Part shown: positions 47,254 to 59,200 of the stretch, piece by piece
Numbering within the stretch: position 1 is the stretch's first letter
How the letters are laid out: each line of letters opens with the position of its first letter
Assembly: GCA_038534315.1 (NCBI GenBank)
Contig: JBCAWZ010000004.1
Location: forward strand, 37,837-101,836
Source: Pseudomonadota bacterium
Lineage (GTDB): Bacteria; Pseudomonadota; Alphaproteobacteria; Caulobacterales; Hyphomonadaceae
Length of the DNA stretch: 64,000 nucleotides
Reading direction: 5' to 3'
The notes under the pieces: generated by a model
Told to the model about the DNA's origin: nothing
The model's database searches: none
The model's input: only the letters and a program-made list of their open reading frames with translations
Made by a program: the position numbers and the translations under genes

Positions 47254-48998
47254 GCGATGCCAGCCTAGACCCGACAAAGGAAACACCCCGCTTCCTCCGT
47301 GCGCTCCGCGCGCTGCGCGATCGGCGCATGGCGGCGATGTTGCTCTTGTCGCTGGCCGCGGGCCTGCCCTATGGCGCGGTGCTCGGGACATTGAATGCCT
47401 GGCTCACCCAGGGGGGTGTCACCCCGTCCACGATCGGCGTGCTATCGATCATGACGCTCGGCTATTCGTTCAAATACCTTTGGGCGCCCGCCTTTCAGGC
47501 GCCGAAGAGTCCCCCCATGCTCACCCTCGGACCGCGGCGGTCATGGTTGCTCGTTTTCCAAGTACCAATGGCCGTTTTACTGGTGGTTTTGGCGCTTTCG
47601 GATCCAATTGCAAACATTGGTATCGTGGCGCTGATCGCGCTTCTCGTCGCACTGATGTCGGCGACGCACGATATTATTCTTGATGCCTGGCGCATCGAAG
47701 TCGCCAGGTCTGAAGAAGACAAGGATTTGATGGCCGCGATCTATCAGTTCGGCTATCGATCCTCGATCTTCATCACAGGTTTTGTCGCCCTATTGCTGGC
47801 GGCGCGGATCGGCTGGGTGGCGGTCTATTGCCTGATCGGCGCGATGATGTTGCTCGCAGTGTCCGGTACGCTTATTGCCCCTGAGCCCGACCATCCAGAG
47901 GATGAGGATGGAGGCCGTCAGAGTTTTCTACCGAGCTTACCGGAAGGCTTGCGGGAACGGGTGGTACAAGCAGCGACGCTGAGCTGGGCGATTGCGGGAT
48001 TGATGATCGCGGTGTTCGTCATTCGGACATTCACCAGCGAAGATCCGCCAAGTGCGCGCGATTTTGTCCGCAACCAAGGACCAATCATTGTTGGGTTGAC
48101 CGTTATTTTGCCGGCTTTGGTGTCGGTAGTCTTGTTGCGACGGCCTGGGGTTACCGCAACGACGCTGGATGTGGAGGCGATACCAAAGCGCGGTTATCCC
48201 CGAGCCATGGTGTCCTTGTTTCGGGCGATATTCGATCCGCTTATGGAATTGATCAACCGGCTCCGATGGGGCGCTTTGTTGGTGCTTTTGCTGGCATTGA
48301 CCTATCGCTTTACTGATGCGGTTTGGGGCGCATTCGCCTATCCGTTCTACTTGGGCGAAAATTATGGTGCTTTGAGCCACACGCTCGATGATGTCGCCAT
48401 CGCTTCCAAATTCTTCGGGGTCTTGATGACGATTTCAGGCGCGGCAATTGGGGCTGCAGTGATTGCCTTTATTGGGCGCATGCCGGTTCTGGTGATTGGC
48501 GCCATTCTCGCAGCCGTCACCAATTTATTGTTTGCGGATCTCGCGGCCGGTGGCGCGGCGATGGACGCGTTTCTACGTTTTACGCAACTTGGTCCGCCAT
48601 TGGTGGTTTTTGCGGAATGGGCGGCAGTAATTTCTCCTGAAGCAGTTGCTGCGGATCAGGGCCAGCGCATGGCGCGTTTGATGATGGCGATCGCAGGCGA
48701 AAACCTCGCTGGTGGCTTTGCCAGTGTCGCGATTGTGGCATTCCTCACTGGCGTCGTGAATCCGCGCTTTGCGGCAGTTCAGTATGCGCTGCTAGGATCC
48801 CTGACCATGTTGATCGGAACACTTGGCCGACCTTGGCTGGGTGAACTTATTGAAACAGATGGCTTCTACACCGTCTTCATCGTGACGTTCTGGCTCGGCG
48901 GCGTGGCAGTTCTTTTGTCGCTGTTCGAATGGTATCGACAAGCCAGAGAGAAGCGCGCCGAACACGCCGGTGCGGAAGTCCCGGATGCTGCCGAGTAA
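47250..48998 (+). CDS. ampG: AmpG-family MFS muropeptide permease
   Basis: AAGLPY, YSFKYLWAP, GPRRSW, SATHDIILDAWRIE, QYALLGSL; ATGA overlap with the kinase stop. Confidence 0.9.
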   Translation: MSDASLDPTKETPRFLRALRALRDRRMAAMLLLSLAAGLPYGAVLGTLNAWLTQGGVTPSTIGVLSIMTLGYSFKYLWAPAFQAPKSPPMLTLGPRRSWLLVFQVPMAVLLVVLALSDPIANIGIVALIALLVALMSATHDIILDAWRIEVARSEEDKDLMAAIYQFGYRSSIFITGFVALLLAARIGWVAVYCLIGAMMLLAVSGTLIAPEPDHPEDEDGGRQSFLPSLPEGLRERVVQAATLSWAIAGLMIAVFVIRTFTSEDPPSARDFVRNQGPIIVGLTVILPALVSVVLLRRPGVTATTLDVEAIPKRGYPRAMVSLFRAIFDPLMELINRLRWGALLVLLLALTYRFTDAVWGAFAYPFYLGENYGALSHTLDDVAIASKFFGVLMTISGAAIGAAVIAFIGRMPVLVIGAILAAVTNLLFADLAAGGAAMDAFLRFTQLGPPLVVFAEWAAVISPEAVAADQGQRMARLMMAIAGENLAGGFASVAIVAFLTGVVNPRFAAVQYALLGSLTMLIGTLGRPWLGELIETDGFYTVFIVTFWLGGVAVLLSLFEWYRQAREKRAEHAGAEVPDAAE

Positions 48999-49007
48999 TC
49001 GACAGCA

Positions 49008-51287
49008 CTAGAGGTCCGAAGTCACGCGATCAATGTCGTAAGCCGCAACAGTCGCCAGATTGACCACATCATTTACCGTCGCGCCCAGCGAGGCGATTTG
49101 CACGGACTTGGACAGTCCGAGCAAGACGGGTCCGATTACTGTTGCGCGACTCATGCCTTCAAGCAGCTTGGTCGAGATCGACGCCGAATGAATGGCCGGC
49201 ATGACGAACACATTGGCGGGGCCCGATAGGCGAGAGAAAGGGTACAGGACTTTGTGCGCAGGATTGAGTGCCATTTCGGCTGAGATGTCCCCTTCATACT
49301 CGAAATCGATGCTCGGATCCTTGTCCAAGATGCAGACCGCATCGCGGACTTTTTCCGCGCGCTCTCCCATTGGGTTGCCAAAGGTCGAATAAGACACGAA
49401 CGCCACTCTTGGTGAGAAGCCGAGCTGCTGGACCGCTTTGGCGGCTTCCCGAGCAATCCCGGCCAGCTGTATCCCGTCCGGCAACTCGTTCACGCTGGTG
49501 TCCGCGATGAAGATGGTGCGGCCGCGATTGAACACCATCGACATACCAATCGTGCTCGCGCCGGGGAGCGGATCGAGACACATTTGTACGTCGTTCAGGC
49601 ACACATCATAATTCCGGGTGACACCTGTGACCATGCCGTCAGCGTCACCGAGCGCCAGCATACACGCGCCGAAAACGTTCCGGTCCTGGTTCACCAAACG
49701 TTGCGCGTCGCGCTTCAGATAGCCTTTGCGTTGCAAACGCGCATAGAGGAAATCTGTATAGTCCGTATTGCGATCCGAAAGGCGCGCATTGACGATTTCC
49801 AAACTGTCTTTCGGAACGCCCATTTGCTGCATCGCACGCTCGACCTGTTCGACGCGGCCAATCAGGATAGGTTGACCCAGTCCTTGGTTCTTAAACGACC
49901 AGGCTGCGCGGACGACTTGTGGTTCTTCGCCTTCGGCAAAAACAATCCTTTTTTGGGCTTTTCGAACCGTGGATTGGATGCCTTGTAGGAAGCTGGCCGT
50001 TGGATCGAGGCGTCGCGCCAAAGAATGGCGATACTCTTCCATGTCGGCGATTGGCTTCCGCGCGACACCCGTATCCATTGCTGCCTGCGCGACAAAAGGG
50101 GGAATGAAGCTGATCAGCCTGGGATCGAAAGGTGTCGGGATAATGTAATCAGGACCGAAACGTGGTCTCGCGCCGTGGTATGCTGCGGCGACTTCGTCCG
50201 GCACGTCTTCTCGCGCCAGCTCTGCGAGGGCACGGGCCGCGGCGACCTTCATCTCTTCATTTATGCCACGGGCGCGTACATCAAGCGCGCCGCGGAAGAT
50301 GTATGGAAAGCCGAGGACGTTGTTCACTTGGTTGGGGTAGTCGGAGCGGCCAGTTGCAATGATCGCGTCGCCGCGAACTTGCCGAATATCTTCCGGAGTG
50401 ATCTCCGGATCCGGGTTTGCCATGGCAAAGATGATTGGATTGGCCGCCATGTTGCGGACCATGTCCTTGGTCACAGCGCCTTTGATCGACAGGCCAAGAA
50501 AGACGTCGGCGCCGTCCATTGCCTCTTCCAGCGTCCGCTTTTCGGTTTTGACCGCAAACGCCGATTTGAACTGATCCATGCGCTCGGTGCGACCTTCATA
50601 GATCACACCGCGAGAGTCGCATAAAAGGATGTTCTCAGGCTTCACGCCGAGGTGCCGGATCAGTCCCGAGACGGACAAGCCCGCCGCACCCGCACCGGAT
50701 ACGGCCACTTTGACCTCTTCCATTTTGCGGCCTGTGATGTTGCAGGCATTGATCAGGCCGGCTGCGGCGATGATGGCGGTGCCGTGCTGATCATCATGAA
50801 AGACAGGCACATCAAGATCGTCACGGAGCTGTTGTTCGATCAGGAAACACTCTGGAGAACCGATGTCTTCCAAATTGATGCCGCCCCAGGTCGCACCAAT
50901 ATTGCGGACCACCGTGCAGAACTCGTCCACCTCTTTCGTCGTCACCTCAATGTCGAAACTGTCGATGTCCGCGAACCGTTTGAACAAAACAGACTTGCCT
51001 TCCATCACCGGCTTGGACGCCATTGGGCCGAGATCACCCAGCCCGAGGATCGCTGTGCCATTTGAAATGACCGCGACTGTATTTCCTTTGGCGGTGTATT
51101 CGTAGGCGAGATCTTCATCCTCGGCGATCGCTTTCACAGGTACCGCTACGCCCGGGCTGTAGGCGAGCGAGAGATCCCGCTGAGTGCCCATTGGCTTCGT
51201 CGGCAGCATGGACAGCTTCCCGGGAGTCGGATAGGCGTGAAAATCCAGTGCTTCCTGGTCGGTAAAACTCGGGCGCTTTTTGGTCAT
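49008..51287 (-). CDS. maeB: NADP-dependent malic enzyme with PTA domain
   Basis: LSLAYSPGV, HDDQHGTA, GAGAAG, GRSDYPNQVNN, C-terminal phosphotransacetylase-like domain. Confidence 0.96.
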   Translation of the reverse strand: MTKKRPSFTDQEALDFHAYPTPGKLSMLPTKPMGTQRDLSLAYSPGVAVPVKAIAEDEDLAYEYTAKGNTVAVISNGTAILGLGDLGPMASKPVMEGKSVLFKRFADIDSFDIEVTTKEVDEFCTVVRNIGATWGGINLEDIGSPECFLIEQQLRDDLDVPVFHDDQHGTAIIAAAGLINACNITGRKMEEVKVAVSGAGAAGLSVSGLIRHLGVKPENILLCDSRGVIYEGRTERMDQFKSAFAVKTEKRTLEEAMDGADVFLGLSIKGAVTKDMVRNMAANPIIFAMANPDPEITPEDIRQVRGDAIIATGRSDYPNQVNNVLGFPYIFRGALDVRARGINEEMKVAAARALAELAREDVPDEVAAAYHGARPRFGPDYIIPTPFDPRLISFIPPFVAQAAMDTGVARKPIADMEEYRHSLARRLDPTASFLQGIQSTVRKAQKRIVFAEGEEPQVVRAAWSFKNQGLGQPILIGRVEQVERAMQQMGVPKDSLEIVNARLSDRNTDYTDFLYARLQRKGYLKRDAQRLVNQDRNVFGACMLALGDADGMVTGVTRNYDVCLNDVQMCLDPLPGASTIGMSMVFNRGRTIFIADTSVNELPDGIQLAGIAREAAKAVQQLGFSPRVAFVSYSTFGNPMGERAEKVRDAVCILDKDPSIDFEYEGDISAEMALNPAHKVLYPFSRLSGPANVFVMPAIHSASISTKLLEGMSRATVIGPVLLGLSKSVQIASLGATVNDVVNLATVAAYDIDRVTSDL

Positions 51288-51422
51288 TGGAGCGGGCTTT
51301 CGGAGCGTTCGGAATGAAAAAGGTCGGCTAGACGGTAAAGTCTCCTAAGGCGGTCCGGCGGGCCGGACAAGCCGCAGTTCGCAACACGAAATAATACGCT
51401 GTATCACAGTTTCGAGATTTGA

Positions 51423-54143
51423 ATGGCTGACCCCGCCGAAACCCAAGCAAAACCGACCGACAAACCGGCGAAAAAACCGAAAGGGCCGACGCCCTTTATG
51501 GTGCAGTATTTGGAGCTCAAGGCGAAGCACCCTGATGCGCTCTTATTCTTCCGGATGGGTGACTTTTATGAGCTGTTCTTCGAGGATGCGGAACGGGCTG
51601 CAGCCATTCTTGACATCACGTTGACCGCACGCGGCGCGCACGATGGCAAGCCGATTCCGATGGCGGGGGTACCGTATCATGCGGCTGAATCATATCTCGC
51701 CCGGCTGATCAAATCAGGCGAACGCGTAGCGATTTGCGAGCAAGTGGAAACGCCCGAACAAGCCCGCAAGCGGGGCGGCTCCAAGGCATTGGTCAAGCGT
51801 GATCTTGTTCGGATCGTAACGCCGGGCACGATTACCGAGGACACTCTACTGTCACCGCGCCAAGGACAAGCCTTGGTCGCCATTGCATTTGCAGCCGGTG
51901 GCACGCAAGCGGCGCTCGCCTCCTGTGACATATCAACCGGCGCGTTTGAGGTCGTTTCCTTGTCGCCTGACGAGATCTCGGAAGCTCTGGCCGCGCGACC
52001 TGTCTCGGAACTCATCCTGACAGACGCAGATCAAGACCGCCCGGCCCTTCTCGAGGCGCTTGCTGCCTTGTCCGCTCCCGTCACGCGTCGTCCCGCCAAT
52101 GCGGCCAAACCGTCTACCGGTGAGCGCCTCATGAAGCAGGCCTACAACGTGGATACGCTGGATGGTTTCGGGGCATTTGAGCGGGTCGAACTCGCGGCTT
52201 GCGGTCTGTTGCTCGACTATTTGTCCCTCACCCAAGCCGGTGATGAGATCCGGTTGGACCGGCCTGTCCGCACAGCGGCGCGCCGCGGCCTAGCGATTGA
52301 TGCGGCAACGCGGGCCAGTTTGGAGATTGACCGCACCGTCAATGGTGGGCGACAGCAAACAGTCCTCAAAGCGATCGATCAGACACTCACCGCGCCGGGC
52401 GCGCGCCTCTTGTCTGCGCGGCTGACCCGCCCAGAATTTGACAATGATACCATTGAAGCACGGTTTGACGCTGTTGCGTTTTGTCTCAGCGAACCTGATT
52501 GCCGAGCGCGCTTAAGACAGCATTTGAAGGCCATACCGGACCCGGAACGGGCACGTGGCCGGTTGCGACTGGGTCGTGGGGGGCCACGCGACCTTGCTGC
52601 GATTGCAGCGGCGCTGCGTGCCGGTGAAGCCTGCGTCGCTGAATTAACGCGACATGGCTTAGGACTGCCTGCGGACCTCGACCGCGCCTGCCAGGCAATG
52701 ACGCTCAGCTTACAGCCAGAACTGGCCAGGCTGGCGGGTGATTTGGATCAGGCACTTGCAGAGGATTTGCCGGCATTGGCGCGCGATGGCGGCTTTGTCG
52801 CATCGGGTTGGGACACGGTCTTGGACGAAGCGCGGCACTTGCGCGCCGATAGTCGCCAAGTGATCCTCGAGCTACAGCAGTCCTATGTTGAAGATACCGG
52901 CATTCAAACGCTGAAGATCAAGTTCAACAATGTGCTGGGCTACTTTGTCGATGTCCCAGCGCGGCAAGCCGATAAGCTTTTGCAACGGCCGTTGGCGGAG
53001 ACCTTCATTCACCGCCAAACGCTGGCGTCAAATGTTCGGTTTTCGACAGAAACACTGAGTGAGCTCGCCGGCAAAATTTCACGCGCCGAGGACAGCGCCA
53101 AAGCAAGAGAGCGCAGCATATTTGATGGCTTTTGTGAGCGCGTCGAATCTCTCGCTGAACCGCTCGCCAGGGCGGGCCTGGCGCTTGCCGAACTGGATGT
53201 TGCTGCGGCCAATGCGGAATGGGCGGACGCAACTGATGGCACGCGACCGGAACTGGTTGAAGCGCCGGTTTTCCTTGCTGAGGGGCTTCGCCATCCTGTT
53301 GTTGAATCGGCCCTACGTGCGGACGGGCAAGGATTTACGCCCAATGACATCAACCTAGACGCCAGTGGTGAAGCGGCCGCGAGGCTTGCTTTGGTTACGG
53401 GTCCCAATATGGCGGGCAAGTCGACCTATTTGCGGCAGGCTTGTCATGCCGTCATTCTTGCCCAAGCGGGTTTGTATGTCCCCGCCCGCCGGCTGCGCAT
53501 GGGCCTTGTCGACAAGGTGTTCTCCCGGGTCGGCGCCAGCGATGATCTTGCCCGCGGACGATCGACGTTCATGGTCGAGATGGTCGAGACGGCCGCGATC
53601 CTAAACCAGGCCACAGAGCGAAGCTTTGTGATCTTAGACGAGGTCGGACGTGGAACATCAACTTATGACGGCCTCGCCATTGCTTGGGCGGCGGTGGAGC
53701 ATTTGCATCAGACCAATGGGTGTCGCGCACTCTTTGCCACTCACTATCATGAATTGACCGGTTTGGCAGACGAGCTCGCGCACGCCACAAATCTGTCTTT
53801 GCGCGCCAAGGACTGGAATGGAGAATTGATCTTTTTGCATGAGGTCCAGCCCGGCGCGGCGGATCGATCCTATGGCGTACAAGTCGCTCGGCTTGCAGGC
53901 TTGCCCGCCAAGGCTGTCAAGCGTGCACAGCAGGTTCTGAAACAGCTGGAAGCAAAAGTGGGAGCGGTCGAAACCCTGCCCCTGTTCGCGGCGCTCGGCG
54001 CAGAGGATGCTTCGGAGGAAATGACAAAGCCCGCACCGGATCCGGCACGGGCTTTGTTGGATGCTGTAGAGCCGGACGAGCTAAGCCCGCGCGACGCGCT
54101 CGATCTGATCTACCAGCTTAAGCGGGCTGATAAATCAGATTGA
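51423..54143 (+). CDS. mutS: DNA mismatch repair protein MutS
   Basis: [53 protein letters not shown]. Confidence 0.97.
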   Translation: MADPAETQAKPTDKPAKKPKGPTPFMVQYLELKAKHPDALLFFRMGDFYELFFEDAERAAAILDITLTARGAHDGKPIPMAGVPYHAAESYLARLIKSGERVAICEQVETPEQARKRGGSKALVKRDLVRIVTPGTITEDTLLSPRQGQALVAIAFAAGGTQAALASCDISTGAFEVVSLSPDEISEALAARPVSELILTDADQDRPALLEALAALSAPVTRRPANAAKPSTGERLMKQAYNVDTLDGFGAFERVELAACGLLLDYLSLTQAGDEIRLDRPVRTAARRGLAIDAATRASLEIDRTVNGGRQQTVLKAIDQTLTAPGARLLSARLTRPEFDNDTIEARFDAVAFCLSEPDCRARLRQHLKAIPDPERARGRLRLGRGGPRDLAAIAAALRAGEACVAELTRHGLGLPADLDRACQAMTLSLQPELARLAGDLDQALAEDLPALARDGGFVASGWDTVLDEARHLRADSRQVILELQQSYVEDTGIQTLKIKFNNVLGYFVDVPARQADKLLQRPLAETFIHRQTLASNVRFSTETLSELAGKISRAEDSAKARERSIFDGFCERVESLAEPLARAGLALAELDVAAANAEWADATDGTRPELVEAPVFLAEGLRHPVVESALRADGQGFTPNDINLDASGEAAARLALVTGPNMAGKSTYLRQACHAVILAQAGLYVPARRLRMGLVDKVFSRVGASDDLARGRSTFMVEMVETAAILNQATERSFVILDEVGRGTSTYDGLAIAWAAVEHLHQTNGCRALFATHYHELTGLADELAHATNLSLRAKDWNGELIFLHEVQPGAADRSYGVQVARLAGLPAKAVKRAQQVLKQLEAKVGAVETLPLFAALGAEDASEEMTKPAPDPARALLDAVEPDELSPRDALDLIYQLKRADKSD

Positions 54144-54162
54144 GGTGCGACGTCCGCGCCCC

Positions 54163-56145
54163 TTACGGGTTCGCGGCGGTTGGCATGCCACACGGGCCTG
54201 ACAGAAAGTCGAACATCTCGGTGAACATCAGATCGTAATGCTCATAAAAGATGGTTCCGAAGAAGTGGTTGGCACCTTTTAGCACGACATATTCGTGTTG
54301 TTTGTTGTACCGCTTTAGGCGATCGACGAAGAGGTCGGAGTGCACGATTGGCACGCGCTCATCAATCTCGCCATGTATTACCATGACAGGCACATTCACT
54401 TCATCGACATGAGCAAGCGGGTCAAAGCCGTCGGCGGTTTTCCGATAGGTCTTGTCGGTGAAGTCCCCGATCTGTGCGAGGAATGACCGGAAGCGACGCT
54501 TCTCCGAGACACCCGCGCCCGGGATGGCACAATTGAACACGTTGGGCGAGCGCATCGAAGCGACGAAGGCTGAGTACCCACCATACGACCATCCAAAGAT
54601 GGCCGCTTCATCGGGTTTGCCGTAGCCTTTGTCGACGACGAACGCCAATGCGTCTTCGACATCGTCCTGCATCTCATAACCCCAGCGTCCAAACCCTGCT
54701 TTCAAATGCTCTTTGCCAAGCCCGGAAGAGATTCGGAATTGCGGCTGGACAACAAGGTATCCGCGGCTTGCAAGAAGCTGCGCCCACATATCGAAGCCCC
54801 AATAATCCCGCGCAACTGGTCCGCCATGCGGCATCATGATCACCGGGAACGGTCCCTCGCCATTTGGTTTCGTAATCAGCGCTGGCATGTTGAGCCCATC
54901 GCGGGCTTCAAAATATTCCCAAGTCACATCTGCCAGAGCTTCTGCCGGCAAATTTGGATTGGACGAGCCGAGATAGTCGATGCTCGATTTGTCCGTCAGC
55001 AAGAAATAGGACGGAGGGGTTCTCGGTCCGGAGCTTTGAATAACGATCTTCGAATCGTCGTCTGATCGGCTTATGATCACGTTGAGTGCGTTCGGAAGCA
55101 CTTGATTGATCGCGTCCATCAAACTCGCTTCATACGGATCGATGTGCTCGAAACGAGGGCGCTCAGCGCCATAAACGTAGCTCGCAATCTCGAATAATTC
55201 TTTTTCAGGGCGCCAGATCCGATTCAAGCCGAGCGCATCATAATCCTCATGATGAAAGAGCATCTGACCGAACTGGCCTTTGGCGAGATTGTACTCGTAA
55301 ATCGCTGCGGTGTCGGTGGCGTGATTTGAGATGATATAGAATTTGTTTGGATCGGATTCATCTTGAGCCACAGGGTTGAAGATCTCAGCGACCGCATCAA
55401 TTGTTGGCTCCGCCCTGTAAACTTCTTTCCATTTACTGTCCCCATTGGCCCTTAGCAGGATGACCGGTGCATCGGTGGTCTCGTCGATCGTGTTTTGCAG
55501 CCGGGGCAAGCCGTCACGGCCGTACAAGCCGGAACTGCTGCTCGCGCTTCCCCGAGACACCAGGTCCAAAGCGCCTGAGTCCAGGTTGAGCTTGTAGATA
55601 TTGGGTGATCGGGTGAGATCCGAAGAGTAGGATACCAGAATGTTTTCTGGATCCCATGGCATTGTCGAGATGAGGCCGCCTGAATTGTATTGGCCAAAGT
55701 CGCGTTCTACTGTGCTGCGGCGATCAAAACGTCGTTTTGGAAGATCTTCCCATTCTCGATCGTTCACGTTGATCGTGGCCAGTTTCACAAACTGCTTCGA
55801 GTATGGATTCCGCCTGTCTTCCCAGACCTGCCACATCGGAGAGACGATGGTTGTACTGTCGAGCCAAGCCGCAGACCGGATTTTCAATTTTTCGGAAGAT
55901 CCGAAAACCAGCGGGGACTTTGACAGGTTTGCCGTCTCAAAGACGAGCAAAAGCGGATTGCTATCTTTTTCCAGCCTTTGAACCGTCGCGAGATACTTTC
56001 CATCTGGTGAGACGGATGCCGCCTCGAATGCAGGATCATTGATGAAGTGTTCCATTGGAGGCGTCGCAACTGCGGGAAGCGCAGCAACGCCAATAAGTGC
56101 AAACGCGGCAAGAAACGCTTTGGAGATGCCACCTAGCCAATTCAT
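54163..56145 (-). CDS. Secreted S9 family (prolyl oligopeptidase clan) peptidase
   Basis: Signal peptide, beta-propeller-like N-terminus, PHGGP, GWSYGG (Ser), HGEIDERV (Asp), GANHFF (His). Confidence 0.92.
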   Translation of the reverse strand: MNWLGGISKAFLAAFALIGVAALPAVATPPMEHFINDPAFEAASVSPDGKYLATVQRLEKDSNPLLLVFETANLSKSPLVFGSSEKLKIRSAAWLDSTTIVSPMWQVWEDRRNPYSKQFVKLATINVNDREWEDLPKRRFDRRSTVERDFGQYNSGGLISTMPWDPENILVSYSSDLTRSPNIYKLNLDSGALDLVSRGSASSSSGLYGRDGLPRLQNTIDETTDAPVILLRANGDSKWKEVYRAEPTIDAVAEIFNPVAQDESDPNKFYIISNHATDTAAIYEYNLAKGQFGQMLFHHEDYDALGLNRIWRPEKELFEIASYVYGAERPRFEHIDPYEASLMDAINQVLPNALNVIISRSDDDSKIVIQSSGPRTPPSYFLLTDKSSIDYLGSSNPNLPAEALADVTWEYFEARDGLNMPALITKPNGEGPFPVIMMPHGGPVARDYWGFDMWAQLLASRGYLVVQPQFRISSGLGKEHLKAGFGRWGYEMQDDVEDALAFVVDKGYGKPDEAAIFGWSYGGYSAFVASMRSPNVFNCAIPGAGVSEKRRFRSFLAQIGDFTDKTYRKTADGFDPLAHVDEVNVPVMVIHGEIDERVPIVHSDLFVDRLKRYNKQHEYVVLKGANHFFGTIFYEHYDLMFTEMFDFLSGPCGMPTAANP

Positions 56146-56168
56146 GATCGTGTCCTTCTTAAAGATAA

Positions 56169-56227
56169 GGAGCGGCCATTATAGGCCGCTCCCAATTTTT
56201 CGGTTGAGTGCTTCAAGAAATCAACCG
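56169..56227. other. Two intercistronic hairpins between the TonB receptor and the peptidase
   Basis: GGAGCGGCC-attata-GGCCGCTCC (56169-56192) and CGGTTGA-13 nt-TCAACCG (56201-56227). Confidence 0.6.
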
Positions 56228-56243
56228 TTTGAGTCATCACAAA

Positions 56244-59200
56244 TTAGAATTGCTTCCCAACTTGCACAAAGACTGTCCGGCCGAATACGTCATAGCCGGT
56301 TCCGATCGGGACGTTCCGGACTGAGAACGCGCCGTCTGGATCGACATATGGTGGCTCTTCACCAAACAGATTCTCAATACCAACTGTGAAGTCCCACGTG
56401 CCTGGGCTGTAGGAGAGCGACGCGTTGTGGACGAAATAGTCGTCAGTGAAGTCGACTGGGTTGTCCGGTGCGGTTGGATCGAATGTGTCCGTGCGATCTT
56501 CTTGCTGGTCCGAAATGTACCGGGTGAAGAAACGACCCGTCCAATCGCCATAGGCTGCCGCGATGGCTGTGTTGACACGCCATTCAGGGAAACCGATTTC
56601 GTCTTTGTCGTCGTCAATCGCGTTGGCGATCTCTTCGGCTGTCGCAGTTGGCGCAAGAAGATTACTGAGGTCGAGGAGACGCTCATCAGTCTTGGTCGCC
56701 CGAAGGTCAATCGAGAAGTCGAGTGGACGCTCGTTCAAGATGAACTCTTTTTCGAACAGCATGTTGATGTCGAAACCTTTGGCCGTTTCACGACCAATGT
56801 TGATGACGCTCGAGTCAACGACGTTGATCAAACCACCGGCATCACGAGTGACCCGTGAACAGAAGCCAGAAGCCAGGCCCGGATTATCGACATAGCAGTC
56901 ACGAACGATGAAGGCTGCGCTTGGCTCAGCAACAGAGTCGGTGATCTCGGTGTCAAAGTAAGTGACGTTCAAACGAAGGTCGAAGCTATCGAACCAAGGC
57001 TGGTCCATTGTGAAGCCATAGGTGAACGTTTCAGATTCCTCAGCCTCCAACGTGGTTGAGCCACCCGAATTGATTTCTGTTGACTGTGTGGTCGCCAAGT
57101 TTTCCGCCAGGCCGAGGCTCAACGGATCAACACCAGCGAGTGTGCAGTTTTCCAGGGTTTGCGCTGACCGGTTGTCTTCTGTCGGATCATAAACGTCGGG
57201 ATCGGTCGGGTTTGCACCTGGCGCCCGCGCGTCGGTCGGAACAATACAAGGGTCACTGACGGTATTAAAGCCGGTTGACCCAGCCAAGAACTGCTCGCGC
57301 AGGCCTGGAGCGCGGTACGATGTTCCGGTCGTTGCATTGAACGCCAACCAATCAACGGGGCGATACTTTGCCTTACCGGAGTAAGTCCAGAGCGCGCCGA
57401 AATTCGACTCTTCGGTCCAACGTGCCGACAGGTTGAAGGTCAGCTCTTCAGCACCAGGAATGCCTCGGATCGGCGTGATTTCCGTTTCCGCGAAACCTTC
57501 GTAAAGGTCACGGCGACCCGTCGCACCTTGGTCAGCAAAGGAGCCGTACAAGAGGCCATCAGCTGCGACATCGTCCGGATCTGAGAAAATGCTCTCGTCA
57601 CGGTATTCGAAGCCAACAACCAGCGGCACAGCGGCGCCATTCCATGGCAATTCAAAGAGATCACCCTGGATGATGCCTTGGAGGACCGTCTGGTCGACCT
57701 GCGTGTTGAAGTTCCGTGTGCCAAACAGATAGTCGGTTTCAGCTTGGGTCGCGAACGAACCGCCGCCATCTTGGTAGACGCTTGGAGCAAAAAGATTGAC
57801 CGGAACACATGGGACAGAAAGCAAGTCTTCGTCGCCGAAGATGCCGACTTGTTCATTGTTTGGCAGGCCATCGCCGTCCGTGTCGATGCCGCAAACGATT
57901 TCGCCGTCGACTTCAACCGATGTGTTCAAAGATAAAAGCAGGCGGTCGTTCAGAACACCAACCCGCTTCGACTGACCTGAAGATTCAGAATACTGTGCTG
58001 AAACTTCATAGGTCCAATTGTCCAGGCCAGCGTTTTGGAACGCCGTCAGGTCACCTTTCAGACCGCCAACAAAACGGGTTTGTGACACGTTGACGTCAAC
58101 AGTGTCCCGGTCGCCACGAATCGACAGGATCGGATACCAGCCAACCGGATTGATCGCATCCGCGACGCCCTCACCAAAGAAGGGGTCATAGACCTCGGCA
58201 AGAGACGCAAAGCAGGCAACCTCATTACACGGATTGTATGGGTTCTCTGCCGGAATGGTGGGGAACAACAAGCCTGGACCGCCGTCGATCGAGCTTTCCC
58301 GCTTGGAGTAAAGCGCTTCGAAGAAGACCGAAGAATTGTTCCAGTCGAGATCATACTCACCGTAGGCGACCATGCTTATGCGCTCTTGGCCGGAGATAAG
58401 GTCCGCATTGTCGGCGCGGTCACTGTTCAGGACGTTGTAGAAGTCAGATTCGGTATCGATTCCAGCGTCCGGAATCGGAACACCAAAAATCGATGCCTGC
58501 GATTCCGAGAAGTTTGGAATGCCGATATTGGTCGACCCTTCGGTAAAGTAGATCGATCCAAAGGGCGAGACGTTCAAGGAGTCACCGAAGTCAAGGATCC
58601 GGTTTGTACGGAGATAGTCACAACCCGTCTCATCCGTGCCGCCAAGCTGAACGTCGCCATTATCTGGGTTAATCACAAAGTCGCGCTCACAGTCTGCCGT
58701 GAATTCGCGATCCGCAAAGGAGATCCGTTCGCGGTTGAAGTATTCCATACCGACGCCGATGAAGCCCCGGTCATTGTTCATACCCCACGCCGCAGAAATC
58801 GTGGCCTCTTTACCTGCGCCGCCGGTTTCGGTTGGCGCCGTAAACTCGGTGACCAGCTCGAAACCTTCAATGTCGTCACGCAGGATTGCGTTTGCAACAC
58901 CGGCAACAGCATCAGCACCGTAGATCGATGACGCACCATCCAGAAGGACTTCGACCCGGTCCAACATGATAGATGGGATCAAGTTCAGGTCCGGAACAGA
59001 AGGCGCGCCTTCCACGCCTGCTGGCGCGATACGGCGGTTGTTCAAGAGGAGCAACGTCCGTTCGGCGCCAAGGCCGCGCAGGTTGACCGTGTTTCCGCCT
59101 GGGCCGTTATCCAGAACGAAGCCGTTAAATGTGGCGTCGATCTTGATGCCGCTATCGGCAGTTGAGTTTTGCAGAATGTCAGCTGCGCTGACCAGGCCAA